From assembly GCA_964016885.1 (NCBI GenBank), contig OZ024746.1, positions 79,856,001-79,920,000 on the forward strand: a DNA stretch of 64,000 nt, written 5' to 3'. This document shows, one piece after another, positions 14,379-28,471 of the stretch (the stretch's first letter is position 1; the number at the start of each line of letters is the position of its first letter). Made by a program: the position numbers and the translations under genes. The notes beneath the pieces are model-generated. The model was given only the letters and a program-made list of their open reading frames with translations, searched no databases and was not told the DNA's origin. This DNA is from Eledone cirrhosa (lineage: Eukaryota).

Positions 14379-14971
14379 CCACCATCAACAATAATAACAA
14401 TTGGAATAGCAAAAACAGTTACCACTACCATCACCAACAGCAACACCAATGATAACAACAACAGTAACACCATCAACAACAACAACAGTAACACCATCCA
14501 CAACAACAGTAACATCACCAACAACAACAGCAACATTAACAACAGTAACACCATCAACAACAACAACATTAACACTACCTCTACAACAGCAACATCACCA
14601 ACAACAACAGCAACAACAACAACAGTAACACCATCAACAACAACAACATTAACACTACCTCTACAACAGCAACATCACCAACAACAAAAGTAACACCATC
14701 AACAACAACAGTAACTCTACCTGCAACAACAGCAACTTCACCAACAGCTGCAGCACCAATGACAACAGAAATATCACCAACAACGACAGCAGCACCATCA
14801 ACAACAGCAACAGCAACAGCAGGAGGGTGGAGATGGGAGGGGTGGGTGGTGCTAGTTGTTATCCAATAGAAGTCTCATTAAAAATCTTCATCAGTGAATG
14901 TTGTTGAATGTGTTGAGAACTGAATGACAGATAGAACAAAACAGTTAGCTGTGACAGTGAGAGAGAGGGGG

Positions 14972-15024
14972 GAGATTCCTGATGATTTCTAAAGAATGAA
15001 ACAGTTCTAGTCCTGTAGAATCTC
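14972..15024 (+). ncRNA. Type I hammerhead ribozyme, family B (complete fold)
   Basis: Stem I GAGATTC/GAATCTC; CTGATGA 14979-85; stem II T-TTC-TAAA-GAA-T; GAAA 14998-15001; stem III CAG/CTG with a CTAG-containing loop; predicted GUA cleavage after 15017. Confidence 0.8.
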
Positions 15025-15105
15025 ATCTATATTAAAACTTTTTACTCTGCTATGTATTGAGTACCTTACTTACTGTGGTTACCTCCGATTCAACCCGGAA
15101 TAACT

Positions 15106-15221
<116 letters not shown>

Positions 15222-15373
15222 GTATATATATATAGAAATAAAGAGGGGGGGATAAGTTGTATTACAAGGGATTGAGTAGGAGGGAATGTTATTCGAAATG
15301 TTAGGAGTGAATAACAGAGGACAAAACGGATAGAAAACTGTGGCAGTAAGAGAGAGAGGGGAGAGATAGAGAT

Positions 15374-15418
<45 letters not shown>

Positions 15419-15583
15419 AGAGAGAGAGAGAGAGCAAGAGTGACTGGGAAGAGAAGTGTGAGTGAAAGGAGGGGAATGCTGAGTGAGAGAGGGTGAGATG
15501 AGGAGCGTGAGGGGAAGATATGTAAGATAATTATAAAAGACATCGCGACAATACTGCGTGTGTATCTATATTTGTGTGTATGT

Positions 15584-15642
<59 letters not shown>

Positions 15643-15663
15643 CATACACACATACACATATGT

Positions 15664-15707
<44 letters not shown>

Positions 15708-15718
15708 CATAACAATAA

Positions 15719-15768
<50 letters not shown>

Positions 15769-16116
15769 GTGCGTGCGTGTGTGAGTGTGCGTGTATGTGT
15801 GTGTGTATCTGTGTCTCTGTGTGTGTTTCGATGTCTTTGTTAATGGGTGTATGTGCGTTTATATGTGTTTGTGTAAACATGTGTGTAAAGTATATGTTCG
15901 TACATATGTATGCGTTCATGTGTATGTATGAGTGTATATGTGTGTCTGTGTCAGCAGACCAGCTGATTGCTAATTAATTAGAAATTAGTAAAAGAGAAAT
16001 GTCGTTGTTGTTGTTGTTATTGTTGTTGTTGCTGCTGCTGTTGTTGATTTTCTTTCCTTTTGATATACGATGTTCGTTAATTTTTTGAAGTCATTTATAT
16101 ATACATACATATATAC

Positions 16117-16220
<104 letters not shown>

Positions 16221-16399
16221 TTTATTTTGTACACTCCATATTTCTCTTTGTCTCAGGTTCTTTCAATCTCTCTCTTTCTCTCCCTCTCTCTCTCTCTCTT
16301 TCTCTCTTTCTCTCTTTCTCTCTCTCTCTCTCGCTCTCTCTCTCTTTGACGCCCCTCCTCCTCTCTTTAGTTCCCTCATTATATATCTCCTTTTGTCTT

Positions 16400-16442
<43 letters not shown>

Positions 16443-16484
16443 TGATAGAGAGTCATATATTTGTGTACACACGCATACACACAC

Positions 16485-16557
<73 letters not shown>

Positions 16558-17109
16558 TGTATGTATATATGTATGAATGTATGTATGTATATACATATGT
16601 ATGTATGCATTATTGTTTGTATGTGTGTATATATATGTATGTATATATTACGTAAACAACTATGTATAGGTAGCAGGGTGGGTTGATGGGTGTATGGCTG
16701 GGTGTGTATATTTATGTACATGTATATAATATATGTATACGCCTGAATAAAACTTATCAATTTATAAATTGATGCGACAGTTTGTTAGTTGTTGCTGTTG
16801 TTGTTGTTGAAGTTCATTTTTTGCCTCAGAAACAAGGCGTTTCGGTTTGATCTTGGAGAAAGAGAGGAGACGTTTCCACTGACGCCTCTCCTCCACCGGC
16901 GGCACCACCTCCACACCCACCACCACCACCACCACCACAACCCCCATCATCATCACCACCACTATAACAACAATAACAAAAAACAACAACAACAGTACTA
17001 CCACCCTCATTAATACCATCACTCTCACCTCTCCCACAACTACTTTCATCATCACGACATCTATGGCCCCTACTACCTACCGCCACCATCCATCCATCCC
17101 CCCACTCCA

Positions 17110-17556
17110 CCCCACCAATGACACCACCGCCAACATCATCACCAACACCCCCTACCCACCACCAATGACACCGCCGCCAACACTATCACCAACACAACCA
17201 ACGCAAACACCACCAACACCACCACCAACACCACCACCAACACCAACACCAACACCACCACCAACACAACCAACACCACAACCAACACCACCCCCACCAA
17301 CACCATCACCATTACCCCCACCAACACCACCACCAACACAACCAACACCACCACCAACACCACCACCACCATTACCACCACCAACACCACCACCACCACC
17401 ACCACCACCAACACCACCACCAGCACCAACAGCAACACCACCACCAACACCAACACCACCACCATTACCAACACCAACACCAACACCATCGCCACAAACA
17501 ATATCAACAACACTATCATATTCATTATTATCGCCACTATCACCAAGAACAAGAAC

Positions 17557-17598
<42 letters not shown>

Positions 17599-18198
17599 AT
17601 TCAATTTGTCAGATCATAAGCGACCGAAACCTAGCCCACACAGCTAATCAACCACGTGACTAACTAACTAACAACAGTAGATTGGAGAAAAAAAAAGCCA
17701 AATATAAAAATTATAAAAATAATAATAATAAAATGGTTTTATTGATTCTTTGTTAGTGTGGTGTTTTGTTTTGTTTTGTTTTTGTGTGTGACTGGCTTTT
17801 TACTTCTTTATTTTTTCTTTCTTTTCCTTGTTAATAAATAATTATCAATGCGCTTTGTACAGAGCGATTCCTTCCTCTTCACTACTGATTCCATCATCAG
17901 CAACACCCCCACCAAGAACAACAACATTATCTTCAGCAGTAGCATCCACAGCAACAGCAACACAATGACAACAGCAACATCATCATCACCAGCACCAGCT
18001 CCAGCATCATCATTACCACCAAGAACAATGCAAGCGTCTACACCACAACAACCACCATCATCAACACTGCCAACACGACCACCACAAACAACATCACAAC
18101 CATCAACAATACCAACAGCAACAACAACCAACATCAATAGAAACAACAATATCAGGAACAATACAAACACCAACACCAATAACTATGCTTACGCCATC

Positions 18199-18277
<79 letters not shown>

Positions 18278-18524
18278 GCAACAACAACAACAACAACAAA
18301 AACAATACAAAAACCAACAACTACGCCACTACCAACAACATCACAACCAGCAGCGACACCATTATCATTATCATCACAAGCAAGAATAAAATCACAACAG
18401 AATGATCATCATCGCAAACTGCAACAGCACCACTTCCACCAACTCCAGCACCAACACCACCAAAAGCAACACCACCACTAACAACAACAACACCACCAGT
18501 AACAACAATAACAACACCACCACT

Positions 18525-18564
<40 letters not shown>

Positions 18565-19305
18565 CCACTAACAACAACAACTACACCACTAACAACAACA
18601 ACAACAACAACACCAATAACAACAACACCAAATACATTACCAACAACAACAACACCACCACTAACAACAACAACACCACCAAATACATTACCAACAACAA
18701 TTACCTCCCAGTGCATTACTGGTACTTTATTTTATCGATCCTGTAAGGATGAATGGCAAAGCTAACCTCGGCGGGATGTGAACTCAGACCGTAAAGGGAC
18801 GTAACTCTATGCGGCAAAGCCTCGTGTCCAACTATTAATGTTTGGTGGTGTAGCAACTGATGATGGTGATGGTATTTGTTGTTGTTGATGGTGATGATGG
18901 CTTTTTTATTGTTGTTTCTCATGATGATAATGATAATTGTTTCTACTTTTGGCACAAGGCCAGCAATCACCCCAGTACATCACTGGTACTTTATTTTGTC
19001 GACCTCGTAAGGATGAATAGCAAAGCTAACCTCGCCGGGATTTGAACTCATGGTGATGATGGTATTGCTGTTGACGTTGCCATTGTTGTTATTTCCTTTG
19101 GTGTTGTTGTTGTTGTTGTTGTTGTTGCCATTGTTGTTGTTGTTGTTGTTGTTGTTGCCATTGTTGTTATTTCCTTTGGTGTTGTTGTTGTTGTTGTTGT
19201 TGTTGCCATTGTTGTTGTTGTTGTTGTTGTTGTTGCCATTGTTGTTATTTCCTTTGGTGTTGTTGTTGTTGTTGTTGTTGTTGCCATTGTTGTTATTTCC
19301 TTTAG

Positions 19306-19388
<83 letters not shown>

Positions 19389-19593
19389 GCAACGTCAACA
19401 GCAATACCATCATCACCATGAGTTCAAATCCCGGCGAGGTTAACTTTGCCATTCATCCTTACGAGGTCGATAAAATAAAGTACCAGTAATGCACTGAGGT
19501 AATTGCTGGCCTTGTGCCTAAAGTAGAAACAATTATCATCATCATCATCATCATCGTCATCATCATCACCATCATCATCACCATCATCATCAC

Positions 19594-19631
<38 letters not shown>

Positions 19632-19706
19632 CCATCATCACCATCATCATCATTAACATCATAATCATCATCATCATCATCATCACCATCATCGTCATCA
19701 TCATCG

Positions 19707-19738
<32 letters not shown>

Positions 19739-19968
19739 GTCATCATCATCACCATCATCACCATCATCATCATTAACATCACCATCATCATCATTAACAT
19801 CATAATCATCATCATCAGCTATGACCATCACTACTACGATTATGACCACCTGCAACAACAACGTCAACGACAACAGAAATAACATTGTCATCGGTGTTAT
19901 CGCCAACACCACCAGCAATGACACCACCACTAACACAAACAACAGCAATAGTTACAACAGCATCATCG

Positions 19969-20007
<39 letters not shown>

Positions 20008-20110
20008 ACAACAACGATATCATAATTTGGGGCGTCATCATCATCATCATCATCATCATCAGCATCATTATCACTAGTTCCAGCAGAATCGGCACAACAA
20101 CAACCATAAC
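17110..20110. repeat. Compound trinucleotide microsatellite field (ACC, AAC, GTT, CAT)
   Basis: Read directly; interspersed with SINEs and short unique spacers. Confidence 0.9.
18697..19535. mobile_element. Three SINE family 1 pieces (18697-18830 minus, 18933-19050 minus, 19419-19535 plus)
   Basis: Body motifs are present; the last two form an inverted duplication around (GTT)n. Confidence 0.8.
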
Positions 20111-20806
20111 AACAATACTACATTGCAAATATCCCTAACATGATCAACCCCAACCTCAACGACACTACATCGACGACATGACGACAAGGTAGGAAAGATC
20201 AGAGCATTCCACGGCAGCGGCCATCTTCTATTTTTCTCCACATTCCCACATTGGCTTTTCCAGAATCTCTACTTCTTTTTATCTTAAAAATAAACACATA
20301 TGCTCCGCTGTTGGTTCATGAAGCGCATGTCCTGTTACACATCGACTAAGGCCTCGTCTAAATCTTACTTCAGGTTCATATCGAAACCTGTATAGCTTTC
20401 TTTGAAATGCGTCAACCTTTCCTATATATATTCTTGAGCAAACAGTCATTGTATTTGTAACATACACCCAGCCTTTTTACATCGTTTCTTTAAACTAACT
20501 TATATCAAGTTATTGTTTGTTTTCTTTTTTGTTTGTTTGTTTTATCTACAACATGAACAAATGATGCATATATATATATAGGTCCGTAGCTCATAATGGA
20601 TTCGTAGGGGAGCCGTCGTGACATTATAAATCTGGCGGTGCCCTTACCTTCTCTAGGTCTGAACTCAGATGATTTTTTTTCCAGAGAAGAGAGAGGGGCG
20701 GGAGAAAGAGAAAGTTAGAGAAGAGGTAGGTATATGGAAGTAGTGTGTGAAAGTTAGGAAGAAAAGGGTGTTCCTATTTGCTGTTCTTTTCACATATTCT
20801 TTTCAC

Positions 20807-20836
<30 letters not shown>

Positions 20837-20839
<3 letters not shown>

Positions 20840-21032
20840 GTAAGGAACCAGATGGACCATAACGTACCAAAGTACTAAATACTTAGGGTAGTAGAGTGGG
20901 TAATAGGAACGAGTAGGACCCCGACGGCTGAGCTCAAGCCGTTTCGACGGCTAATTCTGGACCAGAATTTACCGTCCAGATTTAGCCGTCGAAACGGCTT
21001 GAGCTCAGCCGTCGGGGTCCTACTCGTTCCTA
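20837..21032 (-). mobile_element. Family A fold-back element
   Basis: Inverted arms of about 60 bp (20903-20961 / 20975-21033) plus a left tail; followed by (TA)n. Confidence 0.8.
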
Positions 21033-21053
21033 TATATATATATAGATATATAG

Positions 21054-21154
<101 letters not shown>

Positions 21155-21594
21155 TGTGTGTGTGTGTGTGTGTAGCTCTGATGATTACCAAGCAACATGA
21201 AACAGACTGTTAGCTTCTCTGCCTTCTTTCGCCGAAAAGAAGTAAGTGACATAGTCACTACTTTAAAATGATAGCGTGAGGGTCTTCAAAACGTTTTTAA
21301 TTAGACATACGGTATATTGCCAAATATATTATGCATACATTCATATATATATCGCTATTTCAGAGCACCAATCCTAATATATATACATATATATATAACA
21401 AAGGAGTTGTGGTAAGGAACCATATAGACCATAACGCATCAGAGTACTCAATACTTTGGGTGGTAGAGTGGGTAATAGGAAAATGTATGACCCCGACGTT
21501 AAGACCCTCTTCCTGCTATATCAAGCGTTAACCTAATATATACCTTCCATATACTGTACCGATTGTGTTGTTATTTCTGTTTACCTTCTCATGC

Positions 21595-21643
<49 letters not shown>

Positions 21644-21936
21644 CACATACATACAGTCGCGCAAACACACATTCAGATACGATACACAGACAAAAACACA
21701 TACATGCACATATGCTAAAACACATATATATACATACATAGAGACAGACGCACAAACACACGCAGGCATAAATACACATATACAACATAGAGTCACGTAT
21801 AGCACGCAAATATAAAATAGACAAGTAGAAAAGCACATTTACAGGCGAACAAACATATACATACATACACAGAGAGAAACAAACATTAAGGCTCATAAAC
21901 ACACACAAACATAAATACACACATATATACGCATAT

Positions 21937-21990
<54 letters not shown>

Positions 21991-22083
21991 ATACACAGGC
22001 GCATAAACAGACACAGACATAAATACGCAGTTATATACGCATACAGCCACATAAAGACGCGCATGCACGCACGCACACACACA

Positions 22084-22120
<37 letters not shown>

Positions 22121-23559
22121 GCGCACATACAAACACATACACCCCCACACTCACACACACCCACCACACACACACACACACGCACATACAAACACATACA
22201 CACACACTCACACCCCACACCCCACACACACACCCCACACCCCATACACACACGCACACAGCAACTCCCATAGTCATACTTCATTACGAATCAATATTTA
22301 GACAACAAATAAGAAATATTTCTATGAAAAAGTTGTTAGGGGAGACGTAATGGTTGGTGGTAATGGTGTGTGGTTTTTTGACTCTCTATTGTTATACCGA
22401 AGTATTGTATCATATGTTGGAGGTGGTACAGTGGTTTGAGGGCAAGCAAAGCAATTCTCAATGGTATCTTCCATATTTGTGTAAGAAGTGTGTGGAGGTG
22501 AGGTTGAAAATCTTGAAATGTGTCAAGCCAAATTTTTTCAATTTTTCTGTAAATTTCTTTTTGTGGAACGGAGGAGTGGGCGCGGGGGTTGGGGTTGGGG
22601 TGAAATTTATTTATTTATTTAAATTTGTTTGTTCTATTTGTTTCTCGAGGGTGGGATGCCGTGGTGGGTATTTTTTCGTATTTTCTTCAATTTTTCAGAT
22701 ATATTTCGTGCTTTAAATCTTAATGAACTTTAATTAAGTTGGTTTATTAGTGAAATTTTCTAGAAAAAAAAATAATAATAGTAATTAGAAATAAAAAGAA
22801 AATGTAAAAAGAAAATTCTACAAAACGAAAAAAAAAATGAAATTAATATTTTCTTTGATTAATAAATTCTTTAGATATATTCATTATATATATATATATA
22901 TATTGATGTGTTAGTTTATTTTTTATATGTACAATATATACATATATATATATTTATGTATACATATGTGTGTATGTTTATGTTTATATTTATTTTTTTC
23001 TTTCTCACTCATTACGAAAATAATATTCATTTATTATTTGCCTGAATTTTCCTTCGGCTATTTCTTGTTGTTGCTTTATGATGTTATGTGCAGAATATAT
23101 TCTTTTATTTTTAATATTTTTGTATTTGATTCATTTTGTTATTATTTTCAAAATTATATTCAGCTAGAAATGTAGCTAGAATATACAAAACCATTACTGG
23201 TTATAGTTTAAATATAATATAACCATATTGTCTACTTAATTTCGTCATCGTCAATTTCAAATTCATTGGTAATGTAGGATGGAGCGATTTTTATTTTATT
23301 ATGAAGAATGGAATAATGATAGCAGTGATTACTTGTCACATAATTGTAAATGGATGTAAAGAATAACAAATTTTGTATCAAAAAAATTCTCACAACCTCT
23401 TTTAACGTCGATATTCATGTATTTGATAATACACAATATACTATATACAGTATGAAAAAGAAATAATTTGTTTAACAAATTGCCGTTAATAATAACAATT
23501 TCTATTGGATAAAACTTGTATCAGAAGACTTTACAATTGTTTATGCGCATGAAATCCTG

Positions 23560-23770
23560 CACATTTTCTTATTCACCGTATTGTGAAGGTTCACAGGGAA
23601 CCTGATGCAAGACGTGAGACCAGGGAGATCCATAGTTGTCGTCAATGTGCGAACGAGTGTAAGTCTCTAGCAGGTTTGAAAAGCGATATCCGAGCATCAT
23701 ACATCTGAATCTGACAAGCGATTGCAATACTCCTAACAGAGTTTGCAGCTACCATGTATATATGTATGTA
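23560..23770 (+). mobile_element. Old relative of the RTE-derived element (zinc-finger remnant plus 3' end)
   Basis: HSCRQCANECKSLAGLKSDIRAS from 23631, then ...gagtttgcagctaccatg and a TATG-like tail. Confidence 0.55.
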
Positions 23771-25249
23771 TGTACATTTAGAAGACGGAAAGATATAGTT
23801 TGAGAAATATGTGACCACTACTAGCATATCAAGCATTATGTATATAACAAAGTTAAATACATCCATTTTTTTTTTTAAATATCCTGTCCAGGAAGTATGG
23901 ATAAAAGTAAAGTGGAAACAATTACGAATAAATACCTTGAAAAGAATCTAGATGGATCAATCCGAAGCCGGTACAAAAAATTTCTTTTTAGCAAACACCT
24001 AATAGAAATTTCAAAATAATAGCAATATTAGTCTTTGATACTAAACACAATAATCGAAACTAGCATTCTAAGATTTACTTAAGTTATTACATACTAAAAT
24101 GTTAAACCCCCAATCGCATAAGTAAATTAAACTTATTTATTTACAATATCACTTTAGAAATACCAATTAAGATTGTGATGTTTAACTAACTGATTCGTTA
24201 TGGTGCTCAGTTAAAGCCTTGATGATTTAATCGATACTTAGACTTCCGAGGTCAAATCCGAGTACACAGAAGAAGTGAATGCTTTTTAAACTTCCATTTG
24301 CCAACTAGAAGGAGTGTTTGAAAAAAAAAAAAAGAATTCCGACCTTGTTTGCATTTGCTCCGACCATTCGATTTCAGCTGCTTTCCTTTGCTCTTTCCGT
24401 GCTGCTTTCCGTGCTCGCTTACATTCGTTCCAGCTCATGACTGCATTCTCCTAAGCTTATCTTGCAGATTGTAAAGACCGTTTGCAATGGCTTCAACCTT
24501 TCACTCTCGGCTACCTTCTTCTAAGTGCCACACGTTGTTTACAAAACTCGCCTGTAGTTGCTCCGACCATTTGCTCTCAGCTGTCTATTGCTAATCGGAC
24601 ACTGAGAGCAGCAGAGCATGATTAGCTGAAGGCAGCCGATAACAAGAACAAACACAACGACAACAACATCAATGGTAAAAATAACACCAACAACATCAAT
24701 AATTACAACAACTACAACAGCAGTGAGAACAAGCGAAATATCAACAAACCATCATGGTCAAATCATCAGCTACTGTCAAGAAAGCCCTCCAATCCTCCCT
24801 CACCAAACATTCAAACAGAACTTCTAACAAAATAGCACCACCATCGTCACTTTCATCACTTGTAATCAATTTATCATGCCTTTTTTTTTTTCTTGTTGTC
24901 ACACTCCCACCCACTCACAGTCCGCCACATTCACCACGAACAAAACCCAACCCATTCCGCCTAAACATGTACATACATTAATATAAAACAAACACACGTA
25001 CAAACACACACAAATATATATATTTATTTTTATATATATATATATATATACACATGCCACATCTGCGCCGCCAAATACACTGGCTATTTGCCCCAACTGT
25101 TTGTCTTACATGCTTATCTTCCATTTCCCATCAACAACAACACTTCGCTCTTTCTCAAAGCAAACAATCCCACTTCCATAGGTTTCGCTTTGTTGCTAAC
25201 AGAAACTCTTCTGTCCTGTCCAGGTTAAACCCTCTGTTTACTTCTCCAC

Positions 25250-25885
25250 ACCACCAACAACACCACCACCACCAACACCACCACCACCACCACCAACACC
25301 ACCACCAGCACCACAACCACCACCACCACCACCACCACCACCACCACCAACACCAACACCAGCAACACAACCACCACCACCACCACCACCACCACCACCA
25401 CCAACACCAACACCACCAACACCACCACCAGCACCACAAACACCACCACCACCACCACCACCACCAACACCAACACCAGCACCACAACCACCACCACCAC
25501 AACCACCACCACCACCACCACCACCACCACCACCACCAACACCACCACCAGCACCACAACCACCACCACCAACACCCCAGGAGGCCTCCATCCCAAACGT
25601 GCATAAATAAATAAACAGACATGCAAATAAACATACATACATACTTACAAACATACATACAGACAAACATACATACATACATGCAAACATATATACATAC
25701 TTACATACATACATACATATATATACATACATATATACATACATACATGCCAACATACATGCAGACATACATATATACAAACATACATGCAAACATACAT
25801 ACATACAAACATATATATATATATATACACATGCATATATACAGGCATACAAATAAACATACATACTTATAAACATACATGCATT

Positions 25886-25917
<32 letters not shown>

Positions 25918-25927
25918 CATACATACA

Positions 25928-25961
<34 letters not shown>

Positions 25962-26000
25962 CATACATTCATACATACATACCTACATACATATTTCGCC
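25250..26000. repeat. (CCA)n followed by degenerate (TACA)n
   Basis: Read directly from the sequence. Confidence 0.9.
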
Positions 26001-26153
26001 ATACGAATATATGTGTATGTATATATATATTTATGCATATACATACATTTCTACCTACACATATACATACATAGATATATACATATGAACATATATCTAA
26101 ATAAATATACAGCCAAACAATATCTAGTATTACATCTATCTATCTCTCTCTCA

Positions 26154-26277
<124 letters not shown>

Positions 26278-26298
26278 GTGTGTGTGTGCGTGAATGTG

Positions 26299-26329
<31 letters not shown>

Positions 26330-26748
26330 GTGTATATATATATATGTGTGTGTGTGTATGTGTATGAGTGTGTGTGTGTACGTTTGTGTATGTGTCTTCG
26401 TCTCTTTCTTTGTATGTGTGACGCGGTCTCTTTGGCCGTCTTTCACTCGGTTTGTTTATTTCTCCATTTTGTTTGTCTAGCTGCTTCTCTGTGTTTATCT
26501 TTCTTTCTCTGATTGTATGTGTGTGTGTGTATGTGTGCATGTTTGTATGTATAGGTGTGTGTATAGGTGTGTGTATGTATAGGTGTGTGTTCACTTATCT
26601 CTATAGCCCAGTCCTGGTAGTGCCTGGAAAGACTATCAACGTTGCCCCTACTACCCACAATTCTAATTAATAAAACAAATGTGTATAGACGCAAATACAC
26701 ATTCATACACAAATACACGTATCTATCTACCTGCCTATCTCCCTCCCC

Positions 26749-26783
<35 letters not shown>

Positions 26784-26817
26784 TCTCCCTCTTTCTCCTC
26801 CCCCCTCTCTCTCTTTC

Positions 26818-26919
<102 letters not shown>

Positions 26920-27241
26920 ATATATTTCTCCCTCTTTCTCCTCCCACCTCTCTCTCTCTCTCTCACTCTCTCTCTCTCTCTCTGTATATGTATTTGTTTA
27001 TTTATTTATTTATACTCAAAAACACAAACTCATGTACACTTGTCCAGAAACAAACTTATGCAAGTACACAGAGAACGACCTTGTAAAGTAAAAGAAAATA
27101 CATTATACACAATAGTATATATTAATACATGCGTACATATCATATACATACATACATACATACATACATACATACATACATACATACATACATACATACA
27201 TACATACATACATACATACATACATACATACATACATACAT

Positions 27242-27480
27242 GATGGCTGCCGCCTCGTTATCGAGTGTGGCCATTGCACGATATACCATTATTAATAATT
27301 ATTAATTAATTCTATCGTGCAATGCCTGTGTGTGAAGATTGTTTTAGAGAAAAACTGTGCACTGAGCCAATGCCAGTCTTTGAGCGACAGTAGTTATAAC
27401 CCAAAATGAAGAAAAGATCAAAATCATCAGTAACTACTGAGTCGCAGGTTATATATCGGAATTATCCCATTCGTAGACTC
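27242..27480 (-). mobile_element. Diverged relative of the RTE-derived short element
   Basis: Same 3' hairpin (ctcg-ataa-cgag...gcagccatca) with TATG tail, caatgcctgtg..gtgaag block, and similar 5' motif. Confidence 0.6.
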
Positions 27481-27484
27481 TAGC

Positions 27485-27580
27485 TGGCCGCCATATCTGG
27501 TACCTTCAAAATTTGCAAAACATTATTGCGATTAATTTCTTTTGGTCAAAAATGTACTCGAAATTAAGAGAAAGTGAACA
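27485..27580 (+). mobile_element. Extreme 3' fragment of the same RLE retrotransposon family
   Basis: ccttcaaaatttgcaaaacatt..ttgcgatt and ggtcaaaaa.gtactcgaaattaagagaaag match 33904-34040; followed by (TACA)n. Confidence 0.8.
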
Positions 27581-27780
27581 TACATACATATATATACACA
27601 CACATACATATACATGCATGCATACGCACATACATACACACACACACATATACATGCATACATACATACATACATTTATTTTTATTTTTATCATTATATT
27701 GTATTTTTTTACTTTGTAACTTCCCTCCTTAAAACCTTCCTTACTCCCTCTCAAAGTTCCTGTTCTCCCCCTATCCGAAC

Positions 27781-27816
27781 TTTCCTGATGAGGGACTTAT
27801 GTCCGAAACGTTGAAA
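27781..27816 (+). ncRNA. Short-stem-III (dimer-type) hammerhead ribozyme, family C
   Basis: TTTC-CTGATGA-G-GGAC-TTAT-GTCC-GAAA-CG-TT-GAAA; palindrome AACGTT; stem I TTTC/GAAA. Confidence 0.75.
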
Positions 27817-28282
27817 CCACCTCCACTTCCACCAAGCGTGAACCTAATATAACTGTGTACAACTGTCTTCTGTGTTTTGTTCGTTCATTTTCAACTATAT
27901 TCATACAAACTCTGTCATTGAATTCCAACAGGAGCAGCAGTGCTTTTGTTAGAGCAAATGGCAAACGTCGCGTCTCCTTGTAAAATAGATCAAAATATAT
28001 CAGTCTTGTAAGGTACTCAACTCTTCATATAGACAAAACATAAAAAGTGTGTGAGAGAGGGTGGCGAAGGGTGGAGATGGGGAGGGGGGGGAGAGAAATG
28101 GAAAGGCAAGAAGATAGTAGAGAATGTGTTTGGTGTTTGTCTGTATATTTGTTTAGGAGAGCGTGTATGTATGTGTGCGTATGTACTTATCCATGTGTGT
28201 GTCTATGTTTGTTTGAAGGTATGTATGTTTTGTGTAAGTATGTAAGGCGAGGGGGTCTATGTGTAGTTTGTAGGTATGCATG

Positions 28283-28318
<36 letters not shown>

Positions 28319-28387
28319 TTGTGTTAAGTGTGTGTTCTTATTCATGTGTGTGTGTGTGCGTGTGGTGGTGCCTATGTATGTTTGTAA

Positions 28388-28471
<84 letters not shown>

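Noticed and set aside
14865-14897. Minus-strand CTGATGAAGATTTTTAATGAGAC as another hammerhead
   Set aside because: It has GAGA instead of GAAA and no convincing stem I or stem III.
24573-24611. Hairpin tgctctcag...ctgagagca as a pre-miRNA
   Set aside because: Only about 40 nt, too short, with no supporting evidence.
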